Source: Sedimentisphaerales bacterium
GTDB lineage: Bacteria > Planctomycetota > Phycisphaerae > Sedimentisphaerales > SM23-30
Assembly (NCBI GenBank): GCA_963663965.2
Contig: CAXXFK010000020.1
Location: forward strand, 1 to 64,000
Direction: 5' to 3'
Length of the DNA stretch: 64,000 nt
Shown here: in pieces, positions 16,881 to 28,300 of the stretch
Position numbering within the stretch: position 1 is the first letter of the stretch
How the letters are laid out: every line of letters begins with the position of its first letter
Position numbers and translations under genes: made by a program
Notes under the pieces: model-generated
Database searches by the model: none
What the model saw: only the letters and a program-made list of their open reading frames with translations
What the model was told of the DNA's origin: nothing

Positions 16881-19358
16881 CTACTCCAGTGTCGGCCAGG
16901 CCACCTCACCGCGCAGCTGGGCCTCACCCTCGGCTTTCTCATACACCCCATAGAAATTCGATAGCGAATCCAGCCACAACGTAATCCGATGCATCTCATC
17001 AGCCGTTAGCTCTACCTCATGATGACCGTCCTCCAATAGCGCATACAACCTGGAAGCCCGCGCCCCAAACTGACCCGGCCGCGTGCGGTAATGATCGCCA
17101 TAGCTCCAGAATGCGAATTGATGCACCAGACTCTCATAAGACCGGTAAACGGCCGTATTATGATAGCCGGACAACTTGACGACAGCCCGGCCCAGGGCCG
17201 GCGCGCCCTTGTCCTTATTTTCAGCATGACAGGAGGCACATTTACGATCGAGTACCGGCTGCACCAGCCGCGGATAACTGAATGGATTCGAACCATCCAC
17301 ATCCGGCTTGGGAACAGATGGCTCCCGGCGTAAGGCCAGCGGCGTATGGGGCGGAGATACCGCCGCGCGATGCTTGGGTTCATGACAACCGGCACACACC
17401 AGGTTCTCTCCCGGCTGCACCCAGGTGGTCGAACGCATGGACTGAACCGCCAGTCCCTTTTCATCCAGTGCCTGAAAATAAACCTCCTTCAGCGCCGGCA
17501 GGGTAAAATAGGCGCTACCGTCAGCTTCCACCGGCACCGTTCCCAGCACCCGCCGCACCAGATTCACCGAATCGCCGGCTTCCGCGATCCGTCGCCCGGT
17601 TTCGTGCGGCACCTGCACCGCGTCCGAAGGCACCGAACAGGGATGGATCTGATAAATACGCAACGCCTTGATCGCCGTATCCGCCGGCCACGACACCAGG
17701 CTGTCATAAACATTGACCACCGCCATCGTACCCTCAGCAGGCGGATCCGCCGCCAGCCGTAAACTTTGCTGCGGAACCACCGGCGGCTTTGTTCGCGCTC
17801 TCAACGGGATCGGACTCAACGCGGCGATCTCAGGATCGCGATAGAGCAGTTCTTTATTGCCGAACGCGTCCAGCAGGTACAATCCATAGTCGCCCCGGAT
17901 ATGCTTCTGCCCCTGTCGTCCGCCCCCCGCGCGCATACCCGCGTCATAAACGCACAGATAATAATGCTCGCTCAGCGGCCAGGGCGTGCCATAAACCTGC
18001 ATACCGCCCTGACTTTCCGGAAACCCCACATCCGGCGTCACCCGTTTGACCGGCGCCATGGCATCGTCATCGGGTATGGTCGGATCGAAGATAATGATTG
18101 AACCATAAGCCTGACCATGGTGCGGCGTGGCCGTACCAACAATTTTCCTCGATCCCGGTATCGAGCGCAGGTCCATCTCCATATCGGCCCGTTGGGCCTT
18201 GATCGAAAAATTGCCATGCATCGCGCGTGAGTCCCGTCCGTCCGGCGTCATAATCCACGGATGATGCGCCGTGCAGCCGTGACGATCCACATAATCCCAG
18301 CGGGTATACAGAATCATCCCGTCATGGGTCACACTCGGCTGCCATTCATTGTTTTCATGTGGACTCAGAATCCGGATATCCGAGCCATCCGGATTCATAT
18401 CATGTACCGTATAAGAGGGACAGGCCCGCCCGCACCGCAGATAGCCGCCGCGCCGCTCGGAGATAAACGCCACCCTGCCATTAGGCAGAATACAGGGATC
18501 AAAATCATTGAAAGTCCCGTCCGTAAGCTGACACAACTGACTGACTCCAGTCTGTAGAACGGTTGCAGGATCGATCGCCGCAGAAAAGAGGTGATAACAA
18601 CGCCCCTGGCTCCAGTGGCCGTTTTCGGCGTGATTTAAATGAGTAATATGATCCTGTGGCCCATCGCATTCCACCCAGGCAAACAGGATCGTCCCGCCAT
18701 CATAGGATAATTCCGGCGACAAAAAACTCCCGCTGGCCAGATTGGCGCCTTTGAGACGGCCGTTTTCAACCAGACGGTCCTTCAGCAGATCGACCGCTTC
18801 CGGCCGCTCACCAAACGGATCGGCAAGCACAAACACCCCGCCGCCGGCAACGGCATTGACGCCATAATATTGATCGCACATATGATTAAAAGTGGAACGG
18901 TGCCGCTTGATAAACAGAATCTTATCGAAATTGAGCAGCGGATTGGAAAAAGCAATCTGCCTCCGCAGGGAAAAAACCTCTCCAAATATCCGGCGCCGTG
19001 TTTCAGTATCCGTAATGTCAACGGCCATCGCCTGGCCCTTAAGCCGGATTAACTCTTTGGTCAACTGTCTCATATCAGGCGCTTCCGGCACCATAATAAT
19101 GTCTTGAAGCAAAGTCCGGGTCCGACGCAATAAAATATCCAGCGGATCCCGATCGCTTTTTTGGATCAGGGCAGCGGGATGATAAGTTTCATCCTTGAAC
19201 TTTTCAAAACGCGCTATTTCCGCAATATCCTGCAAAAGTGTCTGGTACTGTGCTTCGATCTCAACAGCCAGATTCACCGAAACCGGTTGACCCCAACCCA
19301 AAGCAACGGCCCCCAAAACAGTCAACATGATGCCGGTCGATATAATTCGATAAGTCAT
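16881..19358 (-). CDS. HzsA-related (hydrazine synthase alpha middle-domain-like) beta-propeller protein with two c-type heme motifs
   Basis: Signal peptide; SPELSYDG, DFDPCILPNG, RWDYVDRH, GTVPVEADGSAYF...YFQALD...QSMRS; CAGCH and CASCH. Confidence 0.85.
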   Translation of the reverse strand: MTYRIISTGIMLTVLGAVALGWGQPVSVNLAVEIEAQYQTLLQDIAEIARFEKFKDETYHPAALIQKSDRDPLDILLRRTRTLLQDIIMVPEAPDMRQLTKELIRLKGQAMAVDITDTETRRRIFGEVFSLRRQIAFSNPLLNFDKILFIKRHRSTFNHMCDQYYGVNAVAGGGVFVLADPFGERPEAVDLLKDRLVENGRLKGANLASGSFLSPELSYDGGTILFAWVECDGPQDHITHLNHAENGHWSQGRCYHLFSAAIDPATVLQTGVSQLCQLTDGTFNDFDPCILPNGRVAFISERRGGYLRCGRACPSYTVHDMNPDGSDIRILSPHENNEWQPSVTHDGMILYTRWDYVDRHGCTAHHPWIMTPDGRDSRAMHGNFSIKAQRADMEMDLRSIPGSRKIVGTATPHHGQAYGSIIIFDPTIPDDDAMAPVKRVTPDVGFPESQGGMQVYGTPWPLSEHYYLCVYDAGMRAGGGRQGQKHIRGDYGLYLLDAFGNKELLYRDPEIAALSPIPLRARTKPPVVPQQSLRLAADPPAEGTMAVVNVYDSLVSWPADTAIKALRIYQIHPCSVPSDAVQVPHETGRRIAEAGDSVNLVRRVLGTVPVEADGSAYFTLPALKEVYFQALDEKGLAVQSMRSTTWVQPGENLVCAGCHEPKHRAAVSPPHTPLALRREPSVPKPDVDGSNPFSYPRLVQPVLDRKCASCHAENKDKGAPALGRAVVKLSGYHNTAVYRSYESLVHQFAFWSYGDHYRTRPGQFGARASRLYALLEDGHHEVELTADEMHRITLWLDSLSNFYGVYEKAEGEAQLRGEVAWPTLE

Positions 19359-19381
19359 AATATGCTACCTGTTAACCTGGT

Positions 19382-20389
19382 TTATTCCGGTTGTGGATCA
19401 CCCAGATCCTGCAAGTTCTGTTTCATCTGTTCGAGCGTCTCATTATCAAGCTGGATATCGGCCGCAGCCGCGTTCTGCTGGATTTGTTCCACTTTGCGGG
19501 CCCCGGCCAGAATATGCGTCACACCCGGCCGGGTTAACGTCCAGGCCAGAACCAGCTGCGCCAGGTTACAGGAGTGTTTGTTACATAAAGCGCCCCAGTT
19601 GTCCATCAAGTCGAGAATGCGACGACGATTATTGGGCAGGTACCAGGCGTTCCAGGCGGTATTGGTACGGAAATCTCCTTCTTCAAACACAGTATCCATT
19701 TTCACCTTGCCGGTCAGCAACCCCTGCTCCAGTGACATATAGGTCAGGGTTGATAGCCCGTTTTCCTCACATAAGGGCAGAATATCCTCCTCAGGCTGAC
19801 GATAGAGCATGGAATAACGGAACTGATCGCTGACAATGGGCCCGCACTTAAGCCAGGTTTTCAACTCATCCGGCGCAACATTGGACACACCAATCGCCCG
19901 AATTTTGCCATCTTCAACCAGCTTAAGTAGAATTTCCATGGTAGTGGAAATGGGTGTCTTGTCCGGCTCCACTGCAGGCCAGTGTGTTTGGTACAGATCG
20001 ATATAATCGGTCTTAAGATTCCGCAACGATCGCTCAACTTCAATCGCGATCGTATCCGGTCGCAACGACCGGTAGATCGGCCGACCTTCGAATTCGGTAA
20101 AAAATGAGCCCCGCTTGTCATCCCACCACAGCCCGCATTTCGTGGCAATTACGAATTTATCCCGCTGCCCGGAAATAACCTGGCCCAGCAGCTTTTCACT
20201 ATGCCCAAAGCCATAAGCCGGCGCGGTATCAAAAAAGTTGATCCCCGCGTCAAATGCCGCCCGGACAGTATCCATCGCGGTTTCATCCTCCACTTTAGCG
20301 CCCCAACTGGCGCCCCCGCCGATAGCCCAGGCTCCCATGGCGATAACCGACGCTTCGATATCAGAATTACCCAGATTACGGTATTTCAT
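19382..20389 (-). CDS. Aldo/keto reductase
   Basis: GINFFDTAPAYG, IATKCG, SLRNLKTDYIDLYQTHWP, GKIRAIGVSN. Confidence 0.95.
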   Translation of the reverse strand: MKYRNLGNSDIEASVIAMGAWAIGGGASWGAKVEDETAMDTVRAAFDAGINFFDTAPAYGFGHSEKLLGQVISGQRDKFVIATKCGLWWDDKRGSFFTEFEGRPIYRSLRPDTIAIEVERSLRNLKTDYIDLYQTHWPAVEPDKTPISTTMEILLKLVEDGKIRAIGVSNVAPDELKTWLKCGPIVSDQFRYSMLYRQPEEDILPLCEENGLSTLTYMSLEQGLLTGKVKMDTVFEEGDFRTNTAWNAWYLPNNRRRILDLMDNWGALCNKHSCNLAQLVLAWTLTRPGVTHILAGARKVEQIQQNAAAADIQLDNETLEQMKQNLQDLGDPQPE

Positions 20390-20525
20390 GGCTCAGATCC
20401 TTTCGAGAGTATTTGGAAAATTTCCTCTGGATTTAACAGGAATAACGCCGATTTTACCATAAAATTGCCCGGGAGGCCAATTAAATGAGTGTTTGGCTCT
20501 TCTTTGACTGATATCTTGCCATGGC

Positions 20526-20562
20526 AAAAAAATACCCGCCAACAGATCAAACTGCTGACGGG
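20526..20562 (-). terminator. Intrinsic terminator
   Basis: Minus strand CCCGTCAGCAG-TTTGAT-CTGTTGGCGGG then TATTTTTTT, about 30 nt after the stop at 20595. Confidence 0.75.
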
Positions 20563-20594
20563 CAATGATATTTTAGCGTGTTATACAGACGGGA

Positions 20595-21137
20595 TTATTG
20601 CTGTTGAGGAGGCATGAAACCCAGGGTTTTCAACATGTTATCATAAGCAGCCTGTTTGGTTTCCATCAATTTATTCAGCATTTCGACCGTTTTAGTTGCT
20701 TTTTCTGCTTCAGCCTGATCGCGAATCGCAGTCAGTTCTTCCATAGCGGTACGGTGATCGGTAACCATCTGGCGGGGACCTTTGAGCATCAATAATTGTG
20801 ACTCAATATCCTGATAGAGCTTGGTTTGCTCTTCGCGCTGTTTGGTCCGGGCTTCGCGCCATTGATTCCGCTCTTCTTCGGACATATTCTGGAAATCTGC
20901 ACGATTTTGCATGCCGGTAGCGCCGGCCTCCTGCATGGTCTTCAATTTGGCTACATTTTCGATCAGTCCGTTCATGGCCTTATCCCGGGCCTCACGCATT
21001 TGCTGAAAGTTCATGCCGCCCATCATCCCGCCGCCGCCCCGCCGCTGACCACCCTGCTGGGCTTGCTGAGCCATACTCACTAAAACCAAACTGGCAATAG
21101 CAACCATCATCAATGCCACTAACATCGTCTTTTTCAT
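20595..21137 (-). CDS. Secreted helical/coiled-coil hypothetical protein
   Basis: Signal peptide, Q/G/M-rich linker, charged helical body; GGAG RBS and own terminator. Confidence 0.85.
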   Translation of the reverse strand: MKKTMLVALMMVAIASLVLVSMAQQAQQGGQRRGGGGMMGGMNFQQMREARDKAMNGLIENVAKLKTMQEAGATGMQNRADFQNMSEEERNQWREARTKQREEQTKLYQDIESQLLMLKGPRQMVTDHRTAMEELTAIRDQAEAEKATKTVEMLNKLMETKQAAYDNMLKTLGFMPPQQQ

Positions 21138-21435
21138 CGTACGGTTCTCCAGATTAATGAGTTATAAAAAAATGATCCCAGCCAGCCGGACGGTGCAACC
21201 TTCGGCAAAAGCAGGTAAACACAGAGACACACTGTCTCCGTCTCCTATTGAACGCGTTTTGACATCATTTCCTTCGCTTTTAACCAATATTTTTATAATT
21301 ACAGATAATTAAGAGACATGCGAGTCACTCAATTGGTGAAATGAACAAATATGTTATATCCGTCATCCTCCAGGTTTAAAGATTATGGCTTATATTATGA
21401 TTCCCGGCAAATACTCACGTGTTATAATGCCGGTT

Positions 21436-22824
21436 ATGAGCCAGAAAGTAATTTTGATTTATCCGCCGGTATATGACTTTGCGGCGTTTGACCTGTACAA
21501 TAAACCATTGGGATTACTGTATGTTGGGGCATTTTTACGTGAATCGGGTTATGAACCCGTCTTAATCGATGCCATGGACCGTTATCACCCGAAAATGCTG
21601 CGCCAGGGATTGATGGACAAGGCGCGGCCAAACGGGACGGGAAAATATTATCAACAACGCATTGAACGTCCCGCCCAACTGGCCCATATTCCACGCAATT
21701 ATTATCGATTTGGGATGCCTGAGGATATCATAGCAGAATTATTGAGCGAATATCGCGACGATCCCCCCGCCGCGGTAATTATTACCAGTATGATGACTTA
21801 CTGGTATCCCGGAGTGGCTCAGACCATCGCATTAGCGCGTAAAATCCTGCCCAATACTCCAATTGGATTGGGAGGTGTCTATGCCCGATTGATGCCGGAA
21901 CATGCCCGGAGAGTATGCAAACCGGATCAGTTATTTGAAACCAGCGATCCTGCCGATGTCGTTAACTGGATAAATAAACTTACTGACAATCGCACAACCT
22001 GTCTATCGGGCAGACCATTTGAAGACTGGCCAGCACCGGCTTATGAACTATACCATCAATTACCCTATTTAATGCTGATGACCTCGCTGGGGTGCCCCTA
22101 TCGATGTGATTATTGCAGTAGTCGATTTTTACAACCGGAATTGCAACAGCTAAGCCCCCAACGGTTTATCGACCAGTTTAAAAACCTGATTCCTTTATTA
22201 AAACCGGAACCGCATTATCGAATCGCCCTGGCGGATGATGCCTTGCTGGTAAATGCTGATAACCATTTTATCCCGATATTGGATCAGATTGCGGCATTAA
22301 AAATTCCAACTCGCTTTTACACGCCCAATGGCCTGCATTGCCGGTTTATTTCACCTCAGGTAGCGCAACGCATGTATGACAATGGATTTGAAATGATCCG
22401 GTTGAGCTACGAAGCCTCAGATGAGGCCACCCGTTGGCAGCAGGCCAGCGATAATAAAGTCAACGATCATTATTTTTATGAAGCCATGGAAAATTTAAAT
22501 CAGGCGGGATACCAGACTAATCAATTGGAAGCTTATGTTCTGGTTGGCATGCCCGGCCAGACCCTGGAAGAGACCGCCGCTTCAGCACAGGCAGCCCATC
22601 GCGCTGGTCTGAGAGTACGATTATGCCAATTCACCCCGATCCCGCACACCCCACTGTTCAAAACCGCCTGTCAGGAATATGGCATTGATCCCGATGAACC
22701 GCTTCTTCATAATAATTCAATCCTGGCAACGCTCGACCGGCGAGTATCTATGGACGAATTCCAAAAATTCAAAAACCTGATTCACCATCTGAATGGCAAA
22801 TTAATGGAAAATAACCGACTCTAA
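21436..22824 (+). CDS. B12-binding-domain radical SAM protein
   Basis: ILIYPP...PLGLLY N-terminal domain, GLGGVYA, TSLGCPYRCDYC (CxxxCxxC), TPNGLH, YVLVGMPGQ. Start may be up to 51 nt earlier. Confidence 0.9.
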   Translation: MSQKVILIYPPVYDFAAFDLYNKPLGLLYVGAFLRESGYEPVLIDAMDRYHPKMLRQGLMDKARPNGTGKYYQQRIERPAQLAHIPRNYYRFGMPEDIIAELLSEYRDDPPAAVIITSMMTYWYPGVAQTIALARKILPNTPIGLGGVYARLMPEHARRVCKPDQLFETSDPADVVNWINKLTDNRTTCLSGRPFEDWPAPAYELYHQLPYLMLMTSLGCPYRCDYCSSRFLQPELQQLSPQRFIDQFKNLIPLLKPEPHYRIALADDALLVNADNHFIPILDQIAALKIPTRFYTPNGLHCRFISPQVAQRMYDNGFEMIRLSYEASDEATRWQQASDNKVNDHYFYEAMENLNQAGYQTNQLEAYVLVGMPGQTLEETAASAQAAHRAGLRVRLCQFTPIPHTPLFKTACQEYGIDPDEPLLHNNSILATLDRRVSMDEFQKFKNLIHHLNGKLMENNRL

Positions 22825-22918
22825 AATAAGAGGTTACCATGATTGCCCGTAATAAAACTTCAGGCATTATGGTAATTTTGCTTTTTCGATTTATCAATAT
22901 TTTAAGCTGTCACAGTTG

Positions 22919-24097
22919 TCAGATGTCAAGATTTAATGGATCATACCCTTCAATTTCAAACGGGCTATTGCGCCAGCGATCATCAACGGAATCGTAATAG
23001 GGCTCAACAATAGCGTCATAAATTGCTTGTTTATCAACCTGTTCCGGATCCCAGGTGATATGAACTTTGGCCTGACGCGGATCAGGCCAGGCTTCAATTT
23101 TCAGATACCCCGGTATGCTATAGACATCGTCCCGGTCCAGAAAGAAAACCAACAAGGTCGCGCTGCCCCGACATTTCACCCCGGTAATATTCAGATCGAC
23201 TGATTCAGTATGAACAGGGAAATCACCACGCTCATGAACAAATGACGGCATTGGAGCGAGATAAACACCACCAACTGCCAGAGCGAAAATCAGAACTATC
23301 AGACCAATAATCACTGTTTGCGGGCGGGCAGAACCTTTTGTATTGAAACGTCCCCAGCTCAAAGCCCCCTTGTCGCGAACCGGACAAGTATCCACACAAT
23401 TCAGACAACTCAAGCAGCGAGATTCTTTGACGGTCTTGATTTTATCAACAGGGATTGCGGTAGGACACGCTTTGGCGCATTTTCCACAATCAATACAGAC
23501 TTCTTCATGACGGGTAATACCCATGGCGCCCAAGCGAGAGATGGGATTGAGAAGCGCACCCAGGGGACACAACCAGCGACAAAACGGGATTACCATAAAT
23601 ATTGACACAATCGCAACTAACACCAAAACGCCATAGGACCAAAAGGCGATATCCTCGCCATGCCGACTGATGAGGGCATAACAGGGGTCGTAACCGCGAA
23701 ACATAAGTTCACCGGTTTTCCAGGTTACCGTCAATATCGCAATTAAAACTCCGTATTTAAGTAGAGAGAGAAGCTTATCCGCACCAGCAGGGACCTGAAT
23801 CGCCTTAATACCCACCTTACTGCCGAGTCGCCGGAGCCAATCCGACAATGTGCCTATCGGACAAACATAACCACAAAATGCCCGACGCAACAATAACGTG
23901 ATCAATAGCACCGCGCCCAGCATATAAAAATTGCTGATCCCTAACGAACAGACCATATTGCCTTCATGCAAATAGGTATACAACCCTTCGATCCCGCCAA
24001 AGGGACACCAACGCTCAGCGTTGCCTTTAACAATGAAGACACCCACAAAGGTCAGAATAACAAAAAACGCTTGAACCAGAGTTCTTTTTTTCAGCAT
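22919..24097 (-). CDS. Membrane-bound 4Fe-4S (NapH/MauN-like) protein with C-terminal HMA-like domain
   Basis: CPFG, FCGYVCPIG, CRWLCPLG, CIDCGKCAKACP and CLSCLNCVDTCP; multiple TM helices; ITGVKCRGSA. Confidence 0.9.
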   Translation of the reverse strand: MLKKRTLVQAFFVILTFVGVFIVKGNAERWCPFGGIEGLYTYLHEGNMVCSLGISNFYMLGAVLLITLLLRRAFCGYVCPIGTLSDWLRRLGSKVGIKAIQVPAGADKLLSLLKYGVLIAILTVTWKTGELMFRGYDPCYALISRHGEDIAFWSYGVLVLVAIVSIFMVIPFCRWLCPLGALLNPISRLGAMGITRHEEVCIDCGKCAKACPTAIPVDKIKTVKESRCLSCLNCVDTCPVRDKGALSWGRFNTKGSARPQTVIIGLIVLIFALAVGGVYLAPMPSFVHERGDFPVHTESVDLNITGVKCRGSATLLVFFLDRDDVYSIPGYLKIEAWPDPRQAKVHITWDPEQVDKQAIYDAIVEPYYDSVDDRWRNSPFEIEGYDPLNLDI

Positions 24098-24200
24098 CAG
24101 CAAGTCTGCCCAAAGAAACTAAACAATTATTCTACTAACAACCGTCACGTTGTAGCGATAAAATTCATAAAACACCACACAAATATGATAACACAACGTG

Positions 24201-25109
24201 TTATTGTTTTTCACAGGAAGCGCTCGCAGATGCTGAACTGCAACTACTGCTATGTTGACAGGTGGCACAACTACTGCCGCCGGTACATCCGGATTCTTCG
24301 ATTTTTGACTGGGTTTGCAGAACCTTAACGAAGGATTCCTTCGGGGCGGGCTTTTGGTTTTCTTGGGCTTTTTCGTAAAAACTCTGGAAGTCGCTGCATT
24401 TCTGAGTGCGATTTTTCAGTGCCGGTAAAAAAGCCGGCGGAGTCGTTTCAAAGGCCGTAGTCAAAGATTCCAAAGCATCATCGCTCTTACCAGAAAGGCT
24501 CTGAATGCGGGCTCGATAGAAATAGATAATTCCTGCCGGCTTTTCGGGCAATTTAACAGACTGTAAAAGTTGCAAGGCTTCATCATTTTTTTCCAGACGG
24601 GCCAGAGCGATAGCTCGAAGTAAAGTCACCCCATCGGATACAGTATCTTTTGATAATCCGTCAGTAAAATCCAGCATTGGCTGGTTCATATCGAGTTCAA
24701 GCTGGGTTTCCGCCAGTAATAGGGCTGATTCTGCATCCTGTTTGAGTTCATAAAATTTTTGATCCAGCGGGAGCGCTTCTTTATACAAATTGTTATCTCG
24801 ATAGAAAGCTCGCAAGGCCCGGGCCGTATACTCCCATTTGGCGGGATTTTTTTCCATTTCCAATGATTGGCGCATCTTAATTACCTGCCGAAGCAATGCA
24901 TAGGTTTCGCGCCAGACCATGTTTCCCGGTTCAGTACGAGCCGCCTGAGCAAATTGCTTAAGCGATCCTTCAAAATCACCTTTCGCCAGCAAACCACGCC
25001 CGTGTTCGGCCAGCTGAATGGCATCGGCAGATTGAGCCCGGATAGGCTGGACGATACAAAATACACTCAGGATCAAGCCGCAAATTAACACTTTCTTTAG
25101 AATATTCAT
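24201..25109 (-). CDS. Secreted TPR protein with Cys-rich C-terminal tail
   Basis: Signal peptide, TPR-like helices, tail SGCTGGSSCATCQHSSSCSS...C; GGAG RBS. Confidence 0.82.
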   Translation of the reverse strand: MNILKKVLICGLILSVFCIVQPIRAQSADAIQLAEHGRGLLAKGDFEGSLKQFAQAARTEPGNMVWRETYALLRQVIKMRQSLEMEKNPAKWEYTARALRAFYRDNNLYKEALPLDQKFYELKQDAESALLLAETQLELDMNQPMLDFTDGLSKDTVSDGVTLLRAIALARLEKNDEALQLLQSVKLPEKPAGIIYFYRARIQSLSGKSDDALESLTTAFETTPPAFLPALKNRTQKCSDFQSFYEKAQENQKPAPKESFVKVLQTQSKIEESGCTGGSSCATCQHSSSCSSASASASCEKQ

Positions 25110-25363
25110 TGTTGTTCTCCAAAAAATCATGTCCGTATTTACTTCGGGTTATTATACCGGATCAAAATAAAAACATCAAGAATTAAGGCTCTAAGCGGGC
25201 CGCCCAAAACACCTGGATTTTATACTCTTTACAGTTAAGAGTGGACGCCTGCAAAAATTTAACTATTTTATTTTTAGCCACTTAGCTTGCGAAACATCAT
25301 ATCCTTCCATGCACGATAATAATATTTAAAATTACCATTCATTTTATTAACGCTATTAAAATA

Positions 25364-28300
25364 TCAAGGTTGCATATAACCCGGCCTGAATTTAAACCAG
25401 GACTCTTTCAACCGGGAGGAAATATCGGTCATTTTCTGCGTATTACCCAGTTTCTGGGCCTGACGTTGAGCCCGGGTAAGGATATCAGGGTGGTCGGTAT
25501 AGTCGGCGGCCTGATAAGCAAGGATATCGGCAGATTCACGGCCAGATTCCGTTTCTACCCGGTCCAGCAAGGGGCTTATTCTTATTACTGGTAATCGTTT
25601 AGCCTTAAGCATCTGCATTTCGATCTGGTCCGCGCGTTGATTTTTACCGATCAGACGCGCAGCATCGGCAACCCAAAGCCATGGTCCGTCAGAGTCACTG
25701 GTCAGGGCATCGGCCAGATCGAAAAACCGTTCGGATAGCCCGGCCTGAGCCAGTTCGGAACATCTTTGCACCATTAGACATAATATACAGGCCGCATCAT
25801 AGGGCGACAATACCCGATCTTTTATCAAGTCTCTGATGATTTCAATCATTAGATCGGAACCTTCCTGCATTTGATCAACGGTGACCGGATCGGAAAAAAT
25901 TGAACGCAGATCGAGAAAATCCTGAAAATTGACACGATCGCCAGTTGTTGACAATAGCTTACGAAGAGTGGATTGATATTCGGCCAGGTGGTTCAGGCTT
26001 AAATAATAGTGGGCCAGGTTAATTTGAGTCCGTTGCAAGCTAATGGCGGAACGATTTTTTAACAAGCCTTTGGGCAGCATATCTAATTGAGAAAAGTCAT
26101 CGCCATCGGCATGAATGCGCAGGCCAAGGTTGATCCTTCTGGCATCATAACTATCCGACCATTCGGTGTAATGCAACGGTTGAGTCAGGGCCAGATAGCG
26201 TGTCATCAATCGGGGCCTTTGCCCGGCAGGCACCATGGACAGATAATTCTCCAGATGTTCATTTTTGCCGAATTTGATTCCTTCGTTTTCACTCACCATA
26301 TCGATCGAAACCAGCCAGCGATACAGATTTACTGCCCGTTGGGAATCCTGGATTGACCGATAAACCTCTCCCAGCAACTCTACTGCCCCTGTATCGGTCA
26401 TATCAATTTGATAACGATAACGATTAACGACTGATTTCAGGTCGGCAGATACGGCTTCCGGCGACTGGAGCATCAACTGCAATAACACACCCAAATCCTT
26501 CAGATTCAGCGCCTGTTGAGTGCGATATTCATTTAATTGTTTTAACACTTCTGCAATGCGGCCATGATAACGCATGGCGGCAACAACGCCATTAGCGATG
26601 CCTTCAACATCTTTTCTGAGGGGCGGGGCCGATACCAGCAGGCCTTGAAATTCCACCGGCGAAAATTCCAATGGGGCCAGACCCTCGAACAGGCGCAACC
26701 GTGCGCGAGGGAGATTCTCCTGCTCCAGAAAATAGCCATTCATTCCATTGGTTGCTACCGCCCAGGGCCAGAAGGGAGCATAGAATTTTCCTTCGTTACG
26801 ATTCGCTATCAGGAACCGGCGCAGCGTCAGCGTTAATATATCATCCCGCCCCATCATATAATAGATGCCAATCCGATCGATCGGCGCCAGCGGGGATTCG
26901 ATATGAGTGGCGGCTTTGAGCGCGTTGAGCGGACGGTACAGATCCACATTGAATCTGGTTAAATTTCGCCATTCCAACGACTCCATCATTCCGTTTTGCA
27001 TCAGATGTTGTGCGAACGATTCGATCATGTCGGCACCGGCGTTACTACCATCAAGCAACGTAATCAGTTTACGTGAAATTGCCCGGTTGGTTGTGCCTAA
27101 AACAAACGCGTCGTGACAGGCGTCGCGCGCCTGAGGGATTTTACCGATCCTTTCCAGAAAGATACTGGTGGCGTAAGCCAGCGCCGCAGTATCACCTTCA
27201 ATCTCGCGGCGGTCGGACCATTCCTGCAACAAGGTGTCGATCTGGACTGGCGACAGAATTTTCACGAGATCCAATAACATCGCCCGGACCTGGAAATCCG
27301 GATTGGGGACAGCTAAAATGGATTCCAATGCCTCCTGGGCCAGCGCATACGCCTGGTCAGGCTGGCCGGCGTTATTCCGCGCAGTGGCAGCAAGTATCTG
27401 GATGGAAACGCTCCCGGGCAATTCCTGCAGGAGAATTTCGGCCAGGCGCCATCCTGTTTTCGGCCATGTTGGACTGGTACACCAGGAATGGCTGGAAGAC
27501 CTGCTGCGTAATCGAGTATAGATCTGGTTTTCTGGCACCTTGATTCTGGGGGCATTTTGAAACGCCCTGACGATTTCATCCGCGAATGAAGCTTCTTCAG
27601 GAAAATCAAATGTCGTAATTAAATCCAGTATAAACGATCGCTGATTAGCTGGCGGCTGATTCTGAACCATCCGGTGAAAGAGCGATATCCGGTCAGCAGA
27701 ATCCGTCTTTTCGATGGCCAGACACAATTCGGCGACTCTGGCATTTTTCTGTTCAGCCACCTGCCGGGCAAAGCGCGTCTGACGGGAATAATTGCCCCCG
27801 GCAAGGTCCGCCAGTTTGATCCCCAAGAGATCCAGTTCAACCTGCATGGTCGGCTTGGCCAGATCGGCACATTGTATGACCCGGTCAAGGATGCCAGTCT
27901 TTTCGGCTGGCGATGCCAGGCCCCAGAGCATTCGAATAGCAACTTCAATTTGCCTGGCCGATTCCGGTCGAGCGATATTTTTCTGGCCGTAATCCAGCCA
28001 GTGGTTAAGCCAGACGCGCGCGAGTTCCTCATGATCCAGTGATAATGCTCCGGCTACCATGACAGGATATTCTCTGAAAGACATCTGGTCCAGGCGAATG
28101 CGATTCGGATCAAGGAGCTTTATGACCATCTCATCCTGTCCTTCAACAATGAGATGCGGAAGACAATTGACCACTTGTCTAGGATCCCGTTTATCTAGAT
28201 TCAGGAACTGCTCATGCCTGGCGGGATCATTTAATAAAACAAATGCTGACCAACCGGTTATTTTTATGTCATCGACTTGTTCAGGCCATGACAAGGCCCG

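Noticed and set aside
16881..19358. Anammox hydrazine synthase
   Set aside because: Only domain-level resemblance; no beta/gamma subunits or hydrazine dehydrogenase nearby.
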